Below are positions 52,801-64,000 of a stretch of 64,000 bases of DNA, one piece after another (positions within the stretch are counted from its first letter, which is position 1; each line of letters opens with the position of its first letter). The translations under genes were made by a program, and so were the position numbers. The stretch comes from Phoronis australis (Eukaryota; Animalia; Phoronida): contig NMRA01000236.1 of assembly GCA_002633005.1 (NCBI GenBank), forward strand, positions 153,907-217,906, in the 5' to 3' direction. The notes under the pieces were generated by a model. The model saw only the letters and a program-made list of their open reading frames with translations. It made no database searches and had not been told where the DNA came from.

Positions 52801-55444
52801 AGTTTCTGAGGAATTTGAAGACACTGATGAGGATTGAACTGAGGCAGTATGCATACGTGTAATGAACGTAAAACTCTTGGATGAAAATGTAATCAATCGT
52901 TCGTGCGTCATGTCGACTAATAAATGCTTTACTGGCACCTGGTGTTCAATCATTTTGAGACTGACAGATGTCTTTTAAGTAAAGAAGAATTTTTGCTGGT
53001 TTAAGTTATTGAGCATAATACAACCTATACCTTGGTACTCATTCTTTGTCAGTGCATTCCAAACGCTGTAGTTCATTAGATTGCACTCAGGACACGTTGT
53101 AATTAACCCCAAGTAACTCGTTCTCAGCACTTGAAAACAACACCTTTACTACTCAAAATGTAGCATTTTTATTAAACAACCCTTGAAAACATACTTCTGA
53201 GTAAACTGATTACCAAGTGTCACCATCCTTGATGATTACACTTAGTATAATTATGTAGGCAAATTTAGTATTGAGTTTTTGAGCTATAAAAGTATCATTC
53301 CTGTCCTGGAGTGAAAGCACAGTGTATCATTATATTTTTATGGTGTACTGACAATATATTGATATGCATATGTGCAAAATTTCGTGCAATTTTAATGAAC
53401 GTTTTTCGAAAAAATAAAGGTTAAAGTTCGAAACGTTCGTTTTGACCACCCGACATAATGGAAATCGGTGATTTTTTGTTCTTGAATTTTAGCCGCCATC
53501 TTGAATTCCATATCAAATACTGATCATATCTTAATTTTAACCACACCAGTGAGTTGCTCACCCCTTAAAAGGGGATTGTAGTCAAAATAATGTTGCAATT
53601 AATCGGTTCTAACATACAAATAAAACTCACATTTGCCTGACTTGCGTGCCAAACAAAAGCCAATTCGAATTCATGGTCAAAACACTGAATTCTGAAAGCG
53701 ATCGCTGATTGGCTGATGTGTCAGTGACGTGAACGGCGGGGTATCGGCTGCTTTGCACATTCATTGCTTATGTCATATTTGAAGAGTTTACATCGTAATT
53801 TATCATTGTATCAATCGTCCTTATTTTTTTATTGTTTGCCACAGTGCTGTAAAAGGTTCGCTATGCCTTTTTGTATGGCACCTGGTTGCTCAAACTCTTC
53901 GAAAAAGGCGTCTTCTAAAGGGATGGTCATCGCATACCATCGCCGGGTTACCCAAGCCTTGGCCCAAAGCTCAGTGTATACTAGATATAGGCCTACAGGT
54001 TTAAGCCGATATGGGTAAAAAATGTGCAAATAAAATCTGACTCAAATAAATGTCATTAAAACTAAGTCATCCTTGAGTAAACCTAGGAAACAGGTTCCTA
54101 GAGTAAACTAACTTCTGTATTTACCGGTGTTGGAAATGTTAGCGATCGTTCATCGGCTTGTGCTAGTAAAATTGTGATGTGTTTTCTTGAGTCGGCTTTT
54201 TGCGATTACGTCACCTGACCTTTACCAGTTTCTTTTCCCCCTGATTCTTTTATCATGTGTTCGTCGCTGACGGTACCTAGATTGCGTACATGTTATAACA
54301 AATTATCGGAGCTTGTTTCATTTTGTTTCAAGTTTTTAGTATTTTTACACCAGCAAACCGAATTTTAGAACAACCTTGGTGCTGCGAAGCTGTTATGATG
54401 TCCCGAAAGACGTCTCAAATTTTTATGAAATGGCGCGTGCGCCGTGTCACGAGCGTACTGTTCTTGAAACGGACAACACACTTCTTTGTTAAAAAGGCGG
54501 CAAATTATGCTACCAAAGGACGTTTATTTGATTGTTTTCCACTTAAACGGCTGCAACGAACAATGGAAGTGTCGGGTGACTATATCAGATTTTGCATGCG
54601 CCCCCGCCGGTCCGTTAGCTTTATATGTTGATGTAGCCTAAGTTTTACGACGAGGTGACGAGCATAACTGAGTCAACTATACCCGGGTAGTCAACGGCTG
54701 TCTGAAATTTCGGGGTTAACGGAGCTCAACACACAGTGGTACGATAGTCTTCATACAGGTACAGTCGGTAACTTACCAACCCTTCAAGTTTACAGAGCTG
54801 CCGGAGTATTGGCTGACAACTGGCTGACTGGATGGCTAGAGTCCACATTGCCCTCGGCACAGTCACTGACACCAGTTACACCGGCAAATTTTCGTCTGAC
54901 GCTGACGATGACTAGGTATCACTTTGTGTTGCCTCGGCTCAAACAGGTATCCCTTGTGACCCGAAATTTCACACTAAAATTTCTTATTCCGACAATATAA
55001 AAAACGCTACTTGATTGCACGCTAACACAGGACAGTGACTTTGCCCCCGCCAAATACGTCACGAGACTAAGCAGCGCTCCAAGCCGGTAATTTTTTGAGC
55101 TTCGTTAGAGAATATAAGTTTAATTTTTGGTGTTGAATTATTTGGGAAATTAATCAACAATTCATAGAAAACTATCCAGAATTTATTCAGAATAAAATAC
55201 AGTTCCCTTTTAAAACCATAGACTAGAACCAAAAACAATGTCTCTCTCACAATTATTGAAGAAGTTATATTTGTTTTTAGTGATTTCGAAACGTCTTGGC
55301 GGCCATCTTGGAAACGTCCCAGTTTTAACCTATTTCCACTGGTCAGATTTTGGTAGACTTTTTTCCTGTTAATAAGCATACCATGTAGAGCATTAAACCA
55401 CTGTAAAACTTTTTGCTGCAATGTGTTGTGGGTCAGGTGGTATA
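49876..55444 (+). mobile_element. Degenerate AcademX transposon with ~330-bp TIRs
   Basis: Left TIR 49876-~50208 is the reverse complement of 53467-53568 plus 55210-55444. Frameshifted ORF pieces at 50500-52837 with GDHNYLKS, ELSPYPPSL, VAFDGY, GEDTD, HSFIGCNSTS..YGVGKK (XPG/PIN-H3TH nuclease) and CNC...CSCRKNGLACT (Cys8). Confidence 0.85.
53569..55209 (+). mobile_element. Kolobok-like non-autonomous element nested in the Academ right TIR
   Basis: TTAA TSD (53565-53568, 55210-55213); imperfect short TIRs AAGGGGATTGTA/TACAGTTCCCTT; THAP-domain N-terminus MPFCMAPGCSNSSKK...YHR starting at 53863. Confidence 0.75.
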
Positions 55445-56334
55445 TTGATTCGTTAAAACGTCTTTGCTGCTGAATACGAAGACAACGCAAAGCGTTTTAA
55501 AGATCGGGGAATTCCAATGAAAATTCAATGAAATCTGGAAGGCAAGTGACACTCATAAAGTTTTTAATAGGGGAGTTTTCGTCAGACGATTTCATTAACT
55601 CTAGCCATGTTGCCATGGAAACAAGAAACTCAAGAAAACTCCGGCAAGATCACGCAAGAGATATCCCCATACATAAAAAGAAAGCACGTGATCACACAAA
55701 CTATAATTGAATTGCAAGAGTTTTACGACTGCGGAATGCAGCTCTTGTCACTCGGCGAGCACGAAGTTTGCAGCCGTGACAATGTTCACAGATGAATGAA
55801 ATGTGTTTGAAACTCAGTGGTCGTTTAGCACAACCAAAAGACCATGGGAATGAGCTAGAAAAGTGTGGTGTTTTACTAGGCTCTCAGTTACCTAGAGTCA
55901 GTGAAGTGGATTTCTATGGAATGCATCGATTTAATCTGTCGTTGTTACAACAGCTGCAAGTAAAAAGAGCAGTTGTCACCTTAAAAATCATTAGGAATGT
56001 GCGAATGTTACATCGCTCAACGAGACCCGCCTCCGTTCAGTAACGCTAGGACCTCACTAAAAAGCAAGACTTCGCGAGATTACGTGAGATATTGCCGTGG
56101 ATTTTAAATGAGAACACGTGATCTTGACTAGATTTTAGCTAGGTCCTAGCGTAGGTCCTAGCGTCTACTGAACGCACGCCCGGATTCACTGGCAGAGTAG
56201 TGTAGTGCGGTCACGTGTTTCCCTTACAAGACATATATATATATTTAACAGAAACTGACCTGTTCTGACGTAATACTAGCTTTACTGCAGCACCCCTGAC
56301 ATAGTCTTCATAATAACACTATGGTGTTTATTAC

Positions 56335-56451
56335 CAACCTGCTTGTCATCAGCACATTCTGCCTGAAGACTGAAATCCTCTTCACCATCATTCTCGCTAC
56401 TGTACTCCAGACTAAATGACTTAGTTTCTGAAAAATATGTCTTCATACTTC
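56335..56451 (-). CDS. Possible CARD gene exon 5, acidic linker (ETKSFSLEYSSENDGEEDFSLQAECADDKQ)
   Basis: Two phase-1 acceptors (exon start 56451 or 56428) continue the exon-4 frame. Donor ambiguous (56338 or 56334); otherwise the frame runs to TAA at 56282. Confidence 0.45.
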
Positions 56452-57526
56452 CTGAAACCACGTTGAGCATGTACGCAGGAGCGTAACTTCTGAGGAGGTG
56501 TAGGGGGTGTGGCACCCCCCACTCCCTATATTTTTCGATTTAGTGGGTCAAAAGCAGAAAAAGTAGGGCAACGACAGAAAAATTGGGCAAACCGTTCCAT
56601 TCAAACATTAAAGGCGGTCAAGTTTGGAAACTATGCAAAAGCTTGTACCATGCGGACTTTTTTGATTCTTGGTCCGTTTTTCCTACATGCAGAGCGTTTG
56701 CTCAGTTGTCATTTTATTGTAACCAGTAAGAAACAAATGATAAGACCGCGATGACGTTGCTTTGGTGTTTTGAAAGCTTTCGTCGGGGTATAAAATATGC
56801 CGAAGGTTGCGTAAGAATAGTAGCGAAAAAAAACAAGTATCCCTAGAAAAGTCCGAAATATTGGCAATCAAATACCAATGACCTCAACGTGTTTCTGAAA
56901 AAAAATCAGAAATTTGCGAACTCTCGTAAAATCTTGCCTACTTTCAATTCCAAGCAACTTAAAACAACAAAAAGGTTAACAAAAAGGATTCGGCGTCAAT
57001 GACTCACTGCTGTTACATCTCGCACTCAACACGAGCCCTGGCAACCGCGTCACTTCACTGGTGAACGTAATTCAGATGAGAAAAAACTAGCACCCGGTAA
57101 TATTTTGAGCACGTCAGTCAGATGGATTTTTGGAAAGACAGAAATCCAAAAATAATGCTGCACCACCGCACCAATTTTCCAAAAACACAAACCAGAATCA
57201 ACTATACCTTTTGGCCTAAGACATTTTCAAACTAACTCAGAACGTTCAAGAAGTGTTTCACAAAGCATTAATTTCAAGATTTAAGAGACAAGGGGGTGAG
57301 ATTTAATCTCTGTACTCGAAACTCGACTAGATATTGTTCAGTTGCTTGGCCCGCATCGCATTAACTTACAAATTTGTTCCGAATAATTCTGCCGGCGAGT
57401 TAAGATTATGGTCGAGTGCGGGTCTCAGTTTAATCTGAGTTCAGATATTCAATCCTAGGCCCTGGTCGTAGTTAATTTCTCTACATAGTAAAACATGCTT
57501 CAGATCCTTTCACAGTTATTAAATAC

Positions 57527-57747
57527 CATTTTCCTGGCTTGCTGTTGTCAATTCATCGGAGTTGAAGTTCAGTTTGGCGATGAACTTCCTGCCGGCAATT
57601 TCTTCTGCAAGGTGCCTGTGATCACACTTGACCAGAACTACCATGAACTTTTCAAACCAGAGATCAGTTTGACGGTAGATGAACGTCAACAACAATCGAA
57701 CGGCGCTCATGTTGCCGTTTCTGTCTTTCTCACGTTCTAGCTCTTCC
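57527..57747 (-). CDS. CARD gene exon 4: EELEREKDRNGNMSAVRLLLTFIYRQTDLWFEKFMVVLVKCDHRHLAEEI... (CARD2 core)
   Basis: Acceptor tctcatcttttag|G, donor G|gtattt; phase 2-1; EE......GN..A..LLL....R....WF..F...L......LA pattern typical of MDA5/RIG-I/MAVS CARDs. Confidence 0.78.
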
Positions 57748-59232
57748 CTAAAAGATGAGAAAGAATATTTATTTTAAAATGGTTACAAATCCATCTCCCG
57801 TAAAACGTACTTTTTATTTGGAACACCTATCTCTACAAAACTGCTCTTAACCTTTTCCTTACCCACATTAGAGGTGATAACTCATACCTGTGCTTTGGAA
57901 GAACTGAGTTAGTTATTGCTAAAGATCAGACTCAATAAGTTTTCTTATCACGGCCTGTCATTGAATATGGCGGGCATGATCTCAACCACTATCCACAGCC
58001 AAAATCACTCCTCATCTCGGTGAGTAAGGAAAGACAAACTGAAATCAATTTTATAGTAGTAAGTGATCTAAGAGAAAAGTGTACGTTAAACTGAACACCC
58101 ACGTCTCCAACATGAGCGCAGCATACCAAGCCTGATGGAGAGCTATTTTGGTGTCACACGACTCATAAAACCATTTTCCCACTCTTTAACGGACACCCTC
58201 TTCTAAAAACAACTGTGTTTGTCTTCGTAAAATTTACATCGATACTTACATTATCACAAAACTTTTCCAAAACCTTAATTTGATTTTTTGTAAATAACCG
58301 GGCGTATATGAGATGTTAGCCATATCACCAGCATACGGAAGACACAAAATATCCGGCGGCTGATTAACAGATACAGTGACCAACGTCTGTTCAGGTTGAA
58401 AATGAAACTACTCATTGTTAATAAAGGCATCCCAAGAGCACGTCTGCACTTTCGGAAATAATTCAAAAAAGGAGTACATATGCTACAATATGAGGCAGCA
58501 CTATGTATTTGACACAATAGGGATTCCAAGTGGATCGTGTTTATCCCTTCCTTGCGTCTGATCCAATTATTAATACCTCATCTATTTTCTTCTCATTACC
58601 AACGCGATTCATTCTTACTTTACTGTACTCATCGACTTGACAAAGATTTGAATATTTTTCTCAATATATCGTATCCACTTTCTTTATAATAGACAACTTA
58701 AATTTCAAATATTTATCAGCTTCATAGTACTGTTTGTCTTTCTGCTTGCGTGAGTTTGTATTTATTGAATGTGTTGTAATTATATCTTTCCATGGTGCAT
58801 TTTCTCAGTCTTTCCGGTGGCTGGTGCACCCTAGCAGAACTATTCAAGAAAATAAAAATGTGATACTGAATCACCGATGTTTAACTGTTGACTCAACAGA
58901 ATAGAAATTGTTTAAAATGAATGCATGTTGAATGAAAATAGATATTTTGTGTAGTATTTGACCCTTTCCAGTGCATTATGAGCCCTTGTAGTGGAATTAG
59001 TGAAAAGTGTGGTTAATGTTGAGAATCACAGTCTAACATGTTGAATGAAAAGGTCAATTGTCAGAAGGAAAATGCACTTAGTAACCCATGGTTACACCAA
59101 ATTTTTCAATTTTTGAGGTTTATAGAGCATTGCGGGGCCTCAAAAAGGTCTGTTCGTGTAAATAGGAGTTACATAAACAGAGTTCATTTTAAACAAAGAC
59201 GGCATACCGAGCACGTTTGTGAGCGAAACTAC

Positions 59233-59404
59233 CTGTTGTTATCGTTGATCAGTTTTTCAGACATGCAGAGGCTGAGAATACCATCGCCAATATCCACTTC
59301 TTTTTCGATGCTTGACGCTGTCACCCGTATTAATTCCACCTCCTGTTTGTAGTCGTCGGGTATTCCACTTGTCCCCTTCAGCAAGTTATAAAGTATAATG
59401 TAAT
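59233..59404 (-). CDS. CARD gene exon 3: NYIILYNLLKG...ILSLCMSEKLINDNNR (end of CARD1, start of CARD2)
   Basis: Acceptor ttccgtttag|AT, donor AG|gtagtt; phase 1-2; overlaps ORF 59229..59456. Confidence 0.75.
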
Positions 59405-59696
59405 CTAAACGGAAATATAGAGATATATGACATTTCTTTAATTCAATAATAGACACACAGCATTATGCGTATTTCCTGAACATAGGCATATGTAGCTTCT
59501 CGTAACTAGACTTGTAGTGAATAAATTTGTCGTTACAGGATGACAGATTTGAAATCCACTTTTTGTAGTTCTTTCAAAGTTTCAGTATCAGTGCGACAGA
59601 ATATGTTAACTTCATACAAAATATATGTTTAAGCCACCAGCACGCCACCTGTGGTTAGATCACGTAACCTAACGAATGTCAGACTGAGCAGATTTC

Positions 59697-59770
59697 TGCC
59701 CCAACCGGGACTCGAACCCGGGATCTTTTGCTAACCGTGCAGAAGCTCTAGTCCACTGAGCTATCGGAAC
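59697..59770 (-). pseudogene. tRNA-like cloverleaf (pseudo-tRNA or SINE head) in CARD gene intron 2
   Basis: Intact D arm (GCTC/GAGC) and T arm (CCGGG-TTCGAGT-CCCGG); acceptor stem has three G-U pairs; anticodon loop ACGGTTA is non-canonical. Confidence 0.6.
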
Positions 59771-60374
59771 CACATACCAAGAACTGCACGACGACACTTG
59801 GCTTACCTCACAATCCAACTGCTGCCTGGTGGTTTGGTAACTGACCCAATTATGTTGCACACCCAGCAGAATTAATGAGGAACATATTATTGCAACATTA
59901 AACAAACGTTTTAGGTTATAAATGTCACATTTCTTGTTCAATTTTCAAAATTCAAAAACCTAATCAAGTGTGCTTTTCACGAACCATTCAAAATGCTATT
60001 TACAAACTGTAAAACGAAAATTTGTACGTACTGTTGTCGCCCCTAGTATGTTTATGATGGTTTCATTATCTAGAGAACGATAACATCAGCAGCCTGAAGC
60101 GATTTAATTAACCATAACAGCATACTGTCTTTTATCCGAACCGGTAAATTCTGTTGTCGAGTTGCCCAATCTCGACCGGTTGGGATGTCAACGTAGGTTT
60201 CTTTTCATGACTTGTGGAATACAGAAATCCAACCGGGTATTTCGCCCTTGAACTCCTGAGTATATATGAATATGTGACTCTTAAACCGGCGTGGAAATGC
60301 ATATCGCAAGGATTTTGTAGTCTGGTCAGCACGCCGGTTTAAAAATTACATATTCATATACAAAATACAATTGT

Positions 60375-60448
60375 CATGGGCGGCGCAGCACTGAAAAAAG
60401 TGGGTGGCTATAGCTCACCCCCCAAGACCATATGGTGCGCCGCCCATG
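60375..60448. mobile_element. 74-bp CATGGGCGGCGCA MITE
   Basis: 13-bp perfect TIR; 5-bp TSD ATTGT. Confidence 0.8.
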
Positions 60449-61092
60449 ATTGTTTGTTGAAGACTCGTACAGCGTCGTTTTTGAAAACGATAGGTTCGAT
60501 TCGTGTTGGGTGAAACCCATTGTTATGACTCTTTTAACACGATGAATAAACGAATATTACACATGATAATACCGTGGGCCGAAATGCGTTAACTTATAAC
60601 AAAATCTGACGAATTGCCCAATGACTCATAACCGTGAAACTGTACAATGAATGCTGCTGCCAGTGGTGGGTACGACGAACACATAAACTCAAAGACCCCT
60701 GACTGATAAGTAGATTTCTTCAAGTTTGAACATTGCGACTCTTACTTGAATTAATTAGCGATTCGTGGGGCTTCCAGGGACACGTTTGAAATAAATAAGA
60801 ATTCTACCAAGACTAGCGACACTTCGTTAAAAAGCGTATACCAAATCTGGTGCAATTCATACAACAATGGATGTTCGGGATATCAGCACGATCGGCATAA
60901 ACTCCAACTTATGCGAGCACTTGCTAAAAAAAACAACTTGTGCCAAATGTTACCAGTGTACGAGACACTGCATGTTTTGCTTGATCTTTTAACCGTGACG
61001 AAGCCAACAATTACCGTTAGTCAAGTTTTGTGCCATAATACCACAATCACGAAAGTTCAGTAATATGTCAAATGTTGCTCATTACAACGTAC

Positions 61093-61221
61093 TTTTTGCT
61101 TCCAAAGACTCAATGAACGCTTGGAACCAGCGGTGATGTGACATACTTGTCAACTCTTTCAACAATTCCCTGCATGCTTCTGGATTAGAAATCTGCCCTT
61201 TATTAATTTTCTCTTCCACGT
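61093..61221 (-). CDS. CARD gene exon 2: DVEEKINKGQISNPEACRELLKELTSMSHHRWFQAFIESLEAK (CARD1 core)
   Basis: Acceptor ttcttgcttttag|AC, donor A|gtacgt; phase 1-1; open frame with the RLR CARD signature LL..L......WF.AF...L. Confidence 0.75.
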
Positions 61222-61258
61222 CTAAAAGCAAGAAATAGAGCCGGGTAATCAATTATCA

Positions 61259-61350
61259 ATAACAACAACAACAACTACGACAGCAACAACAACAACGACA
61301 ACAACGACGACAACAACGACACTTATAATAATATTAACAATAATAATAAT
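61259..61350. repeat. (AAC)n/(AAT)n microsatellite
   Basis: Direct observation. Confidence 0.9.
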
Positions 61351-61511
61351 AAAACCTAGCGCAAAACGTATATTTGTTCTCCAGAAATGAATATAGCTCA
61401 ATTTGCAATTTCTTCTTTCAAGCTTAGTATTTAGTCTTCTCAGAAGGATACCATCTGTAACGAGTATAAATGTACTCTGTCGAGATTTGAACAATCCAAC
61501 AATTGTAAAAT

Positions 61512-62179
61512 GGTCGTCCGTACCGCTGTTTCACTGTCCCTATATCCCCCCCGTCCCCATGTCCCCCAACCGATGTTCCCCCGTCCCGATTTTCCCCCGT
61601 CCCGATATTTCCCCGTCCCGATGTTCTCAGTCCCTACATGTGGGTTCCCCCAGCCTTACCCATATTTTTATATATTGAGAGTCAATTTCTTTGCGTTAAT
61701 TATCTAATCTATTGCTAATTAAAATTGAAGACACTATGGCTGAAATGTGCATGAGGATCCAGGCAAATCAGATGTAATTTTAACTATTGGAGGTGAAAAA
61801 AAAACTGGGTTTGCTTGTCATCTTTAATAAATCGCTTTACTTGAATTTCCATAAGTCTCAAACGTTGACCAAATATAATCTTAAGCACCCAGATTGTAAG
61901 ACGAAAGCACAAACATACGCCACATATAATGCTTGTTTTCTCTTAGTGTTAAGTGGATTTTTCGTTACCGTTTCGGCGCGCATGCACCAAAATATCATCC
62001 TTTTAAAACGCAGGGATTAAATTAATGACTGAGCAGGGGGAACATGGGGACGGTAGAAGATGGGACTGGTGGCACATCGGGATAAAGGACTTGGGACCGA
62101 GGAAACAAAGGGACGGGAGAACATTTGTTGGGAACATAGGGACGGGAGAATGTAGGCCCAGGAACAACGGGCCAACCCC
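61512..62179. mobile_element. MITE with C-rich (GTCCC) left arm and G-rich (GGGAC) right arm
   Basis: Mirrored CCCGTCCC/GGGACGGG repeats; flanks GTAAAAT/GTAAAGT. Confidence 0.55.
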
Positions 62180-62199
62180 GTAAAGTGAAACAGAGCTAT

Positions 62200-62650
62200 G
62201 CGTTTTTATTTAGGAGTAAATAAATACACCTAATGCGATTGGTGGTGATATTGGTAGGGTTTCTACAGGTGACAGATGGAAATTAATTATGGTGCGACTT
62301 TAAAACAAACCTGGGAATTTATGCTACGAAAAATATTTGTACTGGTTTCTCTAGTGCTCAAAAGACAGACAATGTTAAAAAGTTGTTTAATGACAGTAGT
62401 AGTCAGTCTTAGTTTCCGTAGTTAGAGTAGTTGTATTGTAAATGATACGAGAAACAAACTGTTTGAACGCATAGAATGTATGGGCAGCATCTATAACAAC
62501 TACACCTTAGTTGAGAACTTTTATTTTATTTAAAGAGAGTATGGTAATGAACAGTATATAAAGATTGATTTGTCACGGCCCGAGCGTTACCTAGTGGCCC
62601 AACTTAGGACAGGAACTCTTGCCCCACATACAGAAACCGGTGGCTAGGTA
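62200..62650 (+). mobile_element. LINE 3' fragment (RTEX-like) in CARD gene intron 1
   Basis: EQYIKIDLSRPERYLVAQLRTGTLAPHTETG, the same motif class as 14540-15130. Confidence 0.55.
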
Positions 62651-63120
62651 CATGTACTCTTGTAGACGAAAGCTAAAGGCCCGTTTACATAGACAAAAAT
62701 TATCCACATCATTAAATCTACTTATGAGTAAGATTTGCGCACCTGTATAAAAGTATATTTATTGACAGTTCACAAGACTTCATAAGAATTGGTACGTGTG
62801 CGTTCTATTTTCATTTTCAAAAGAGTTGCCATTATGAGTAAACTGCTTTTAACGAGTTTGTCACAGTACTTGTCGATTGGGGTGATGTTTGGATTGTTAC
62901 CAAAGTGGACTTTGTGGAAAAGGGAACATTCACAAGACTGGTGGTAGCATGTTGTAAAATAAGCATTTGAAAATGACCAATGGGTTGAATATTTCAAATT
63001 GACGAGACATGTTATCTGTTACGAGAAGAGCTCAGGTATTAAGTTGCTCGGTTCATATACCATGTATCGTCATCGCTCTACGACTGTCTTCATTTTGAAG
63101 TGTGAGGGTTACGTACGTAC

Positions 63121-63248
63121 CCGACAGACAATGGTTAGTCATCTAGCTGCCATCTCCAACAATATACAGTACATTTAATAGGGCTTTGGAGTTGAATTTT
63201 ACATAACTTTAAAAGTCTTCTGTACGATTGGTATTGCAAAATTGCCAT
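63121..63248 (-). pseudogene. CARD gene exon 1 (disrupted): MAILQYQSYRRLLKLCKIQLQ/ALLNVLYIVGDGS*MTNHCLS
   Basis: ATG at 63248; donor G|gtacgt at 63120. Length 128 nt, one more than the phase-1 junction needs. Resembles the start of RIG-I CARD1 (RRxL...L...YI..SYM). Confidence 0.55.
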
Positions 63249-64000
63249 TTGTACCACGAAGACACTTTATTTTGCGTTCACAAGTGCAGTGTTTACTCAC
63301 GTAAATCCACTTTTGCACCACCTACAAAGGTATTGCAAATTTGCTCAAGTAACTTTTTGCACGGCGTGTATTTGCGTTCACAAAACAAATAAAATACACA
63401 CTGCATAGACACTTCGGATTGTATCCCTGTGAGTTGAGGCAAGCGATTTTCCAAAGAGTTGTCAATCATAAATTGACTCATTCAAACGACGCTAACGTTT
63501 GTTTGATAAGCTAATAAAACTCTGTGTTGGTCCTTTGCGTCCAGCGTAGGCGATCTACATCTATCAAGCAAACCAAAGGTTACCAATACGCGCCCTCGGA
63601 ATAACGAGGGAAACGAAATGGCTCAGAAAAGATACTCGGACTAGTTATTAATTATTGTCAAAAGAATTTCTCAATAATTTTACTGGGCTCTGTAGTAAAA
63701 TGTTAGCTTCCGAAAGGCAGAATTGCATGACCAGCCTTCAACGTGGAGGCCTCTAGAAAATTTGCGTGTCTGACAAATTAGTCATGAAGCATAACAAAAC
63801 AACATTTGCCTTGAGAGGACCCAATTCGCCTCTATGTACTGTACCGTAACAAAAAGTATTGACAGAGAGGACAAGCGCCTATTTAAATCTCGTATGGTAA
63901 TTTCGCGAGGCAAAAAGAGCTCTGTAAAGGCAATCGTCTCGTTTTTTCTCACGGGGGGTAATATTTTACAAAAAAGATTATTAATTGAAATGTCTTGATT

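Larger units (their letters stand above)
56335..63248 (-). pseudogene. RIG-I/MDA5-like tandem-CARD gene, probably pseudogenised or truncated (CARD-only)
   Basis: Exons 63248-63121, 61221-61093, 59404-59233, 57747-57527 and probably ~56451-56335 join with matching phases and give two RLR-type CARDs. Exon 1 has one extra base and an in-frame TAG at 63145-63143. Confidence 0.6.

Noticed and set aside
50869-52837. Intact host nuclease or CXC-domain gene
   Set aside because: Multiple frameshifts and stops, and enclosed by long TIRs: a decayed Academ transposase.
59697-59770. Functional tRNA-Thr(GGT) gene
   Set aside because: Non-canonical anticodon loop, a mismatch in the anticodon stem and three G-U pairs in the acceptor stem.
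61249-61494. Poly-Val/Ile membrane protein ORF
   Set aside because: Translation of (AAC)n/(AAT)n microsatellites.

Overview
AT-rich, intron-containing animal (probably invertebrate) genomic DNA. There is no prokaryotic operon or CRISPR array. Two minus-strand genes can be rebuilt by hand from GT-AG sites with matching phases. (1) An intact 7-coding-exon cationic amino acid transporter (SLC7A/CAT family, 676 aa, CDS 20851->3546). (2) A gene the ORF track shows only in fragments (63248->~56335), encoding two tandem RIG-I/MDA5-type CARD domains. Its first exon carries a frameshift and a nonsense codon, and I found no helicase exons downstream. The rest is a dense transposon landscape: three Academ (XPG/Cys8-type) elements, a THAP-bearing Kolobok-like element nested in an Academ TIR, and two Penelope-like insertions with inverted pseudo-LTRs and minimal hammerhead-like motifs. 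There are also several LINE fragments, tRNA-derived SINEs, MITEs with 5-bp TSDs, and minisatellites, one of which multiplies a splice donor in frame. All family assignments come from motif recognition by eye, not database searches.
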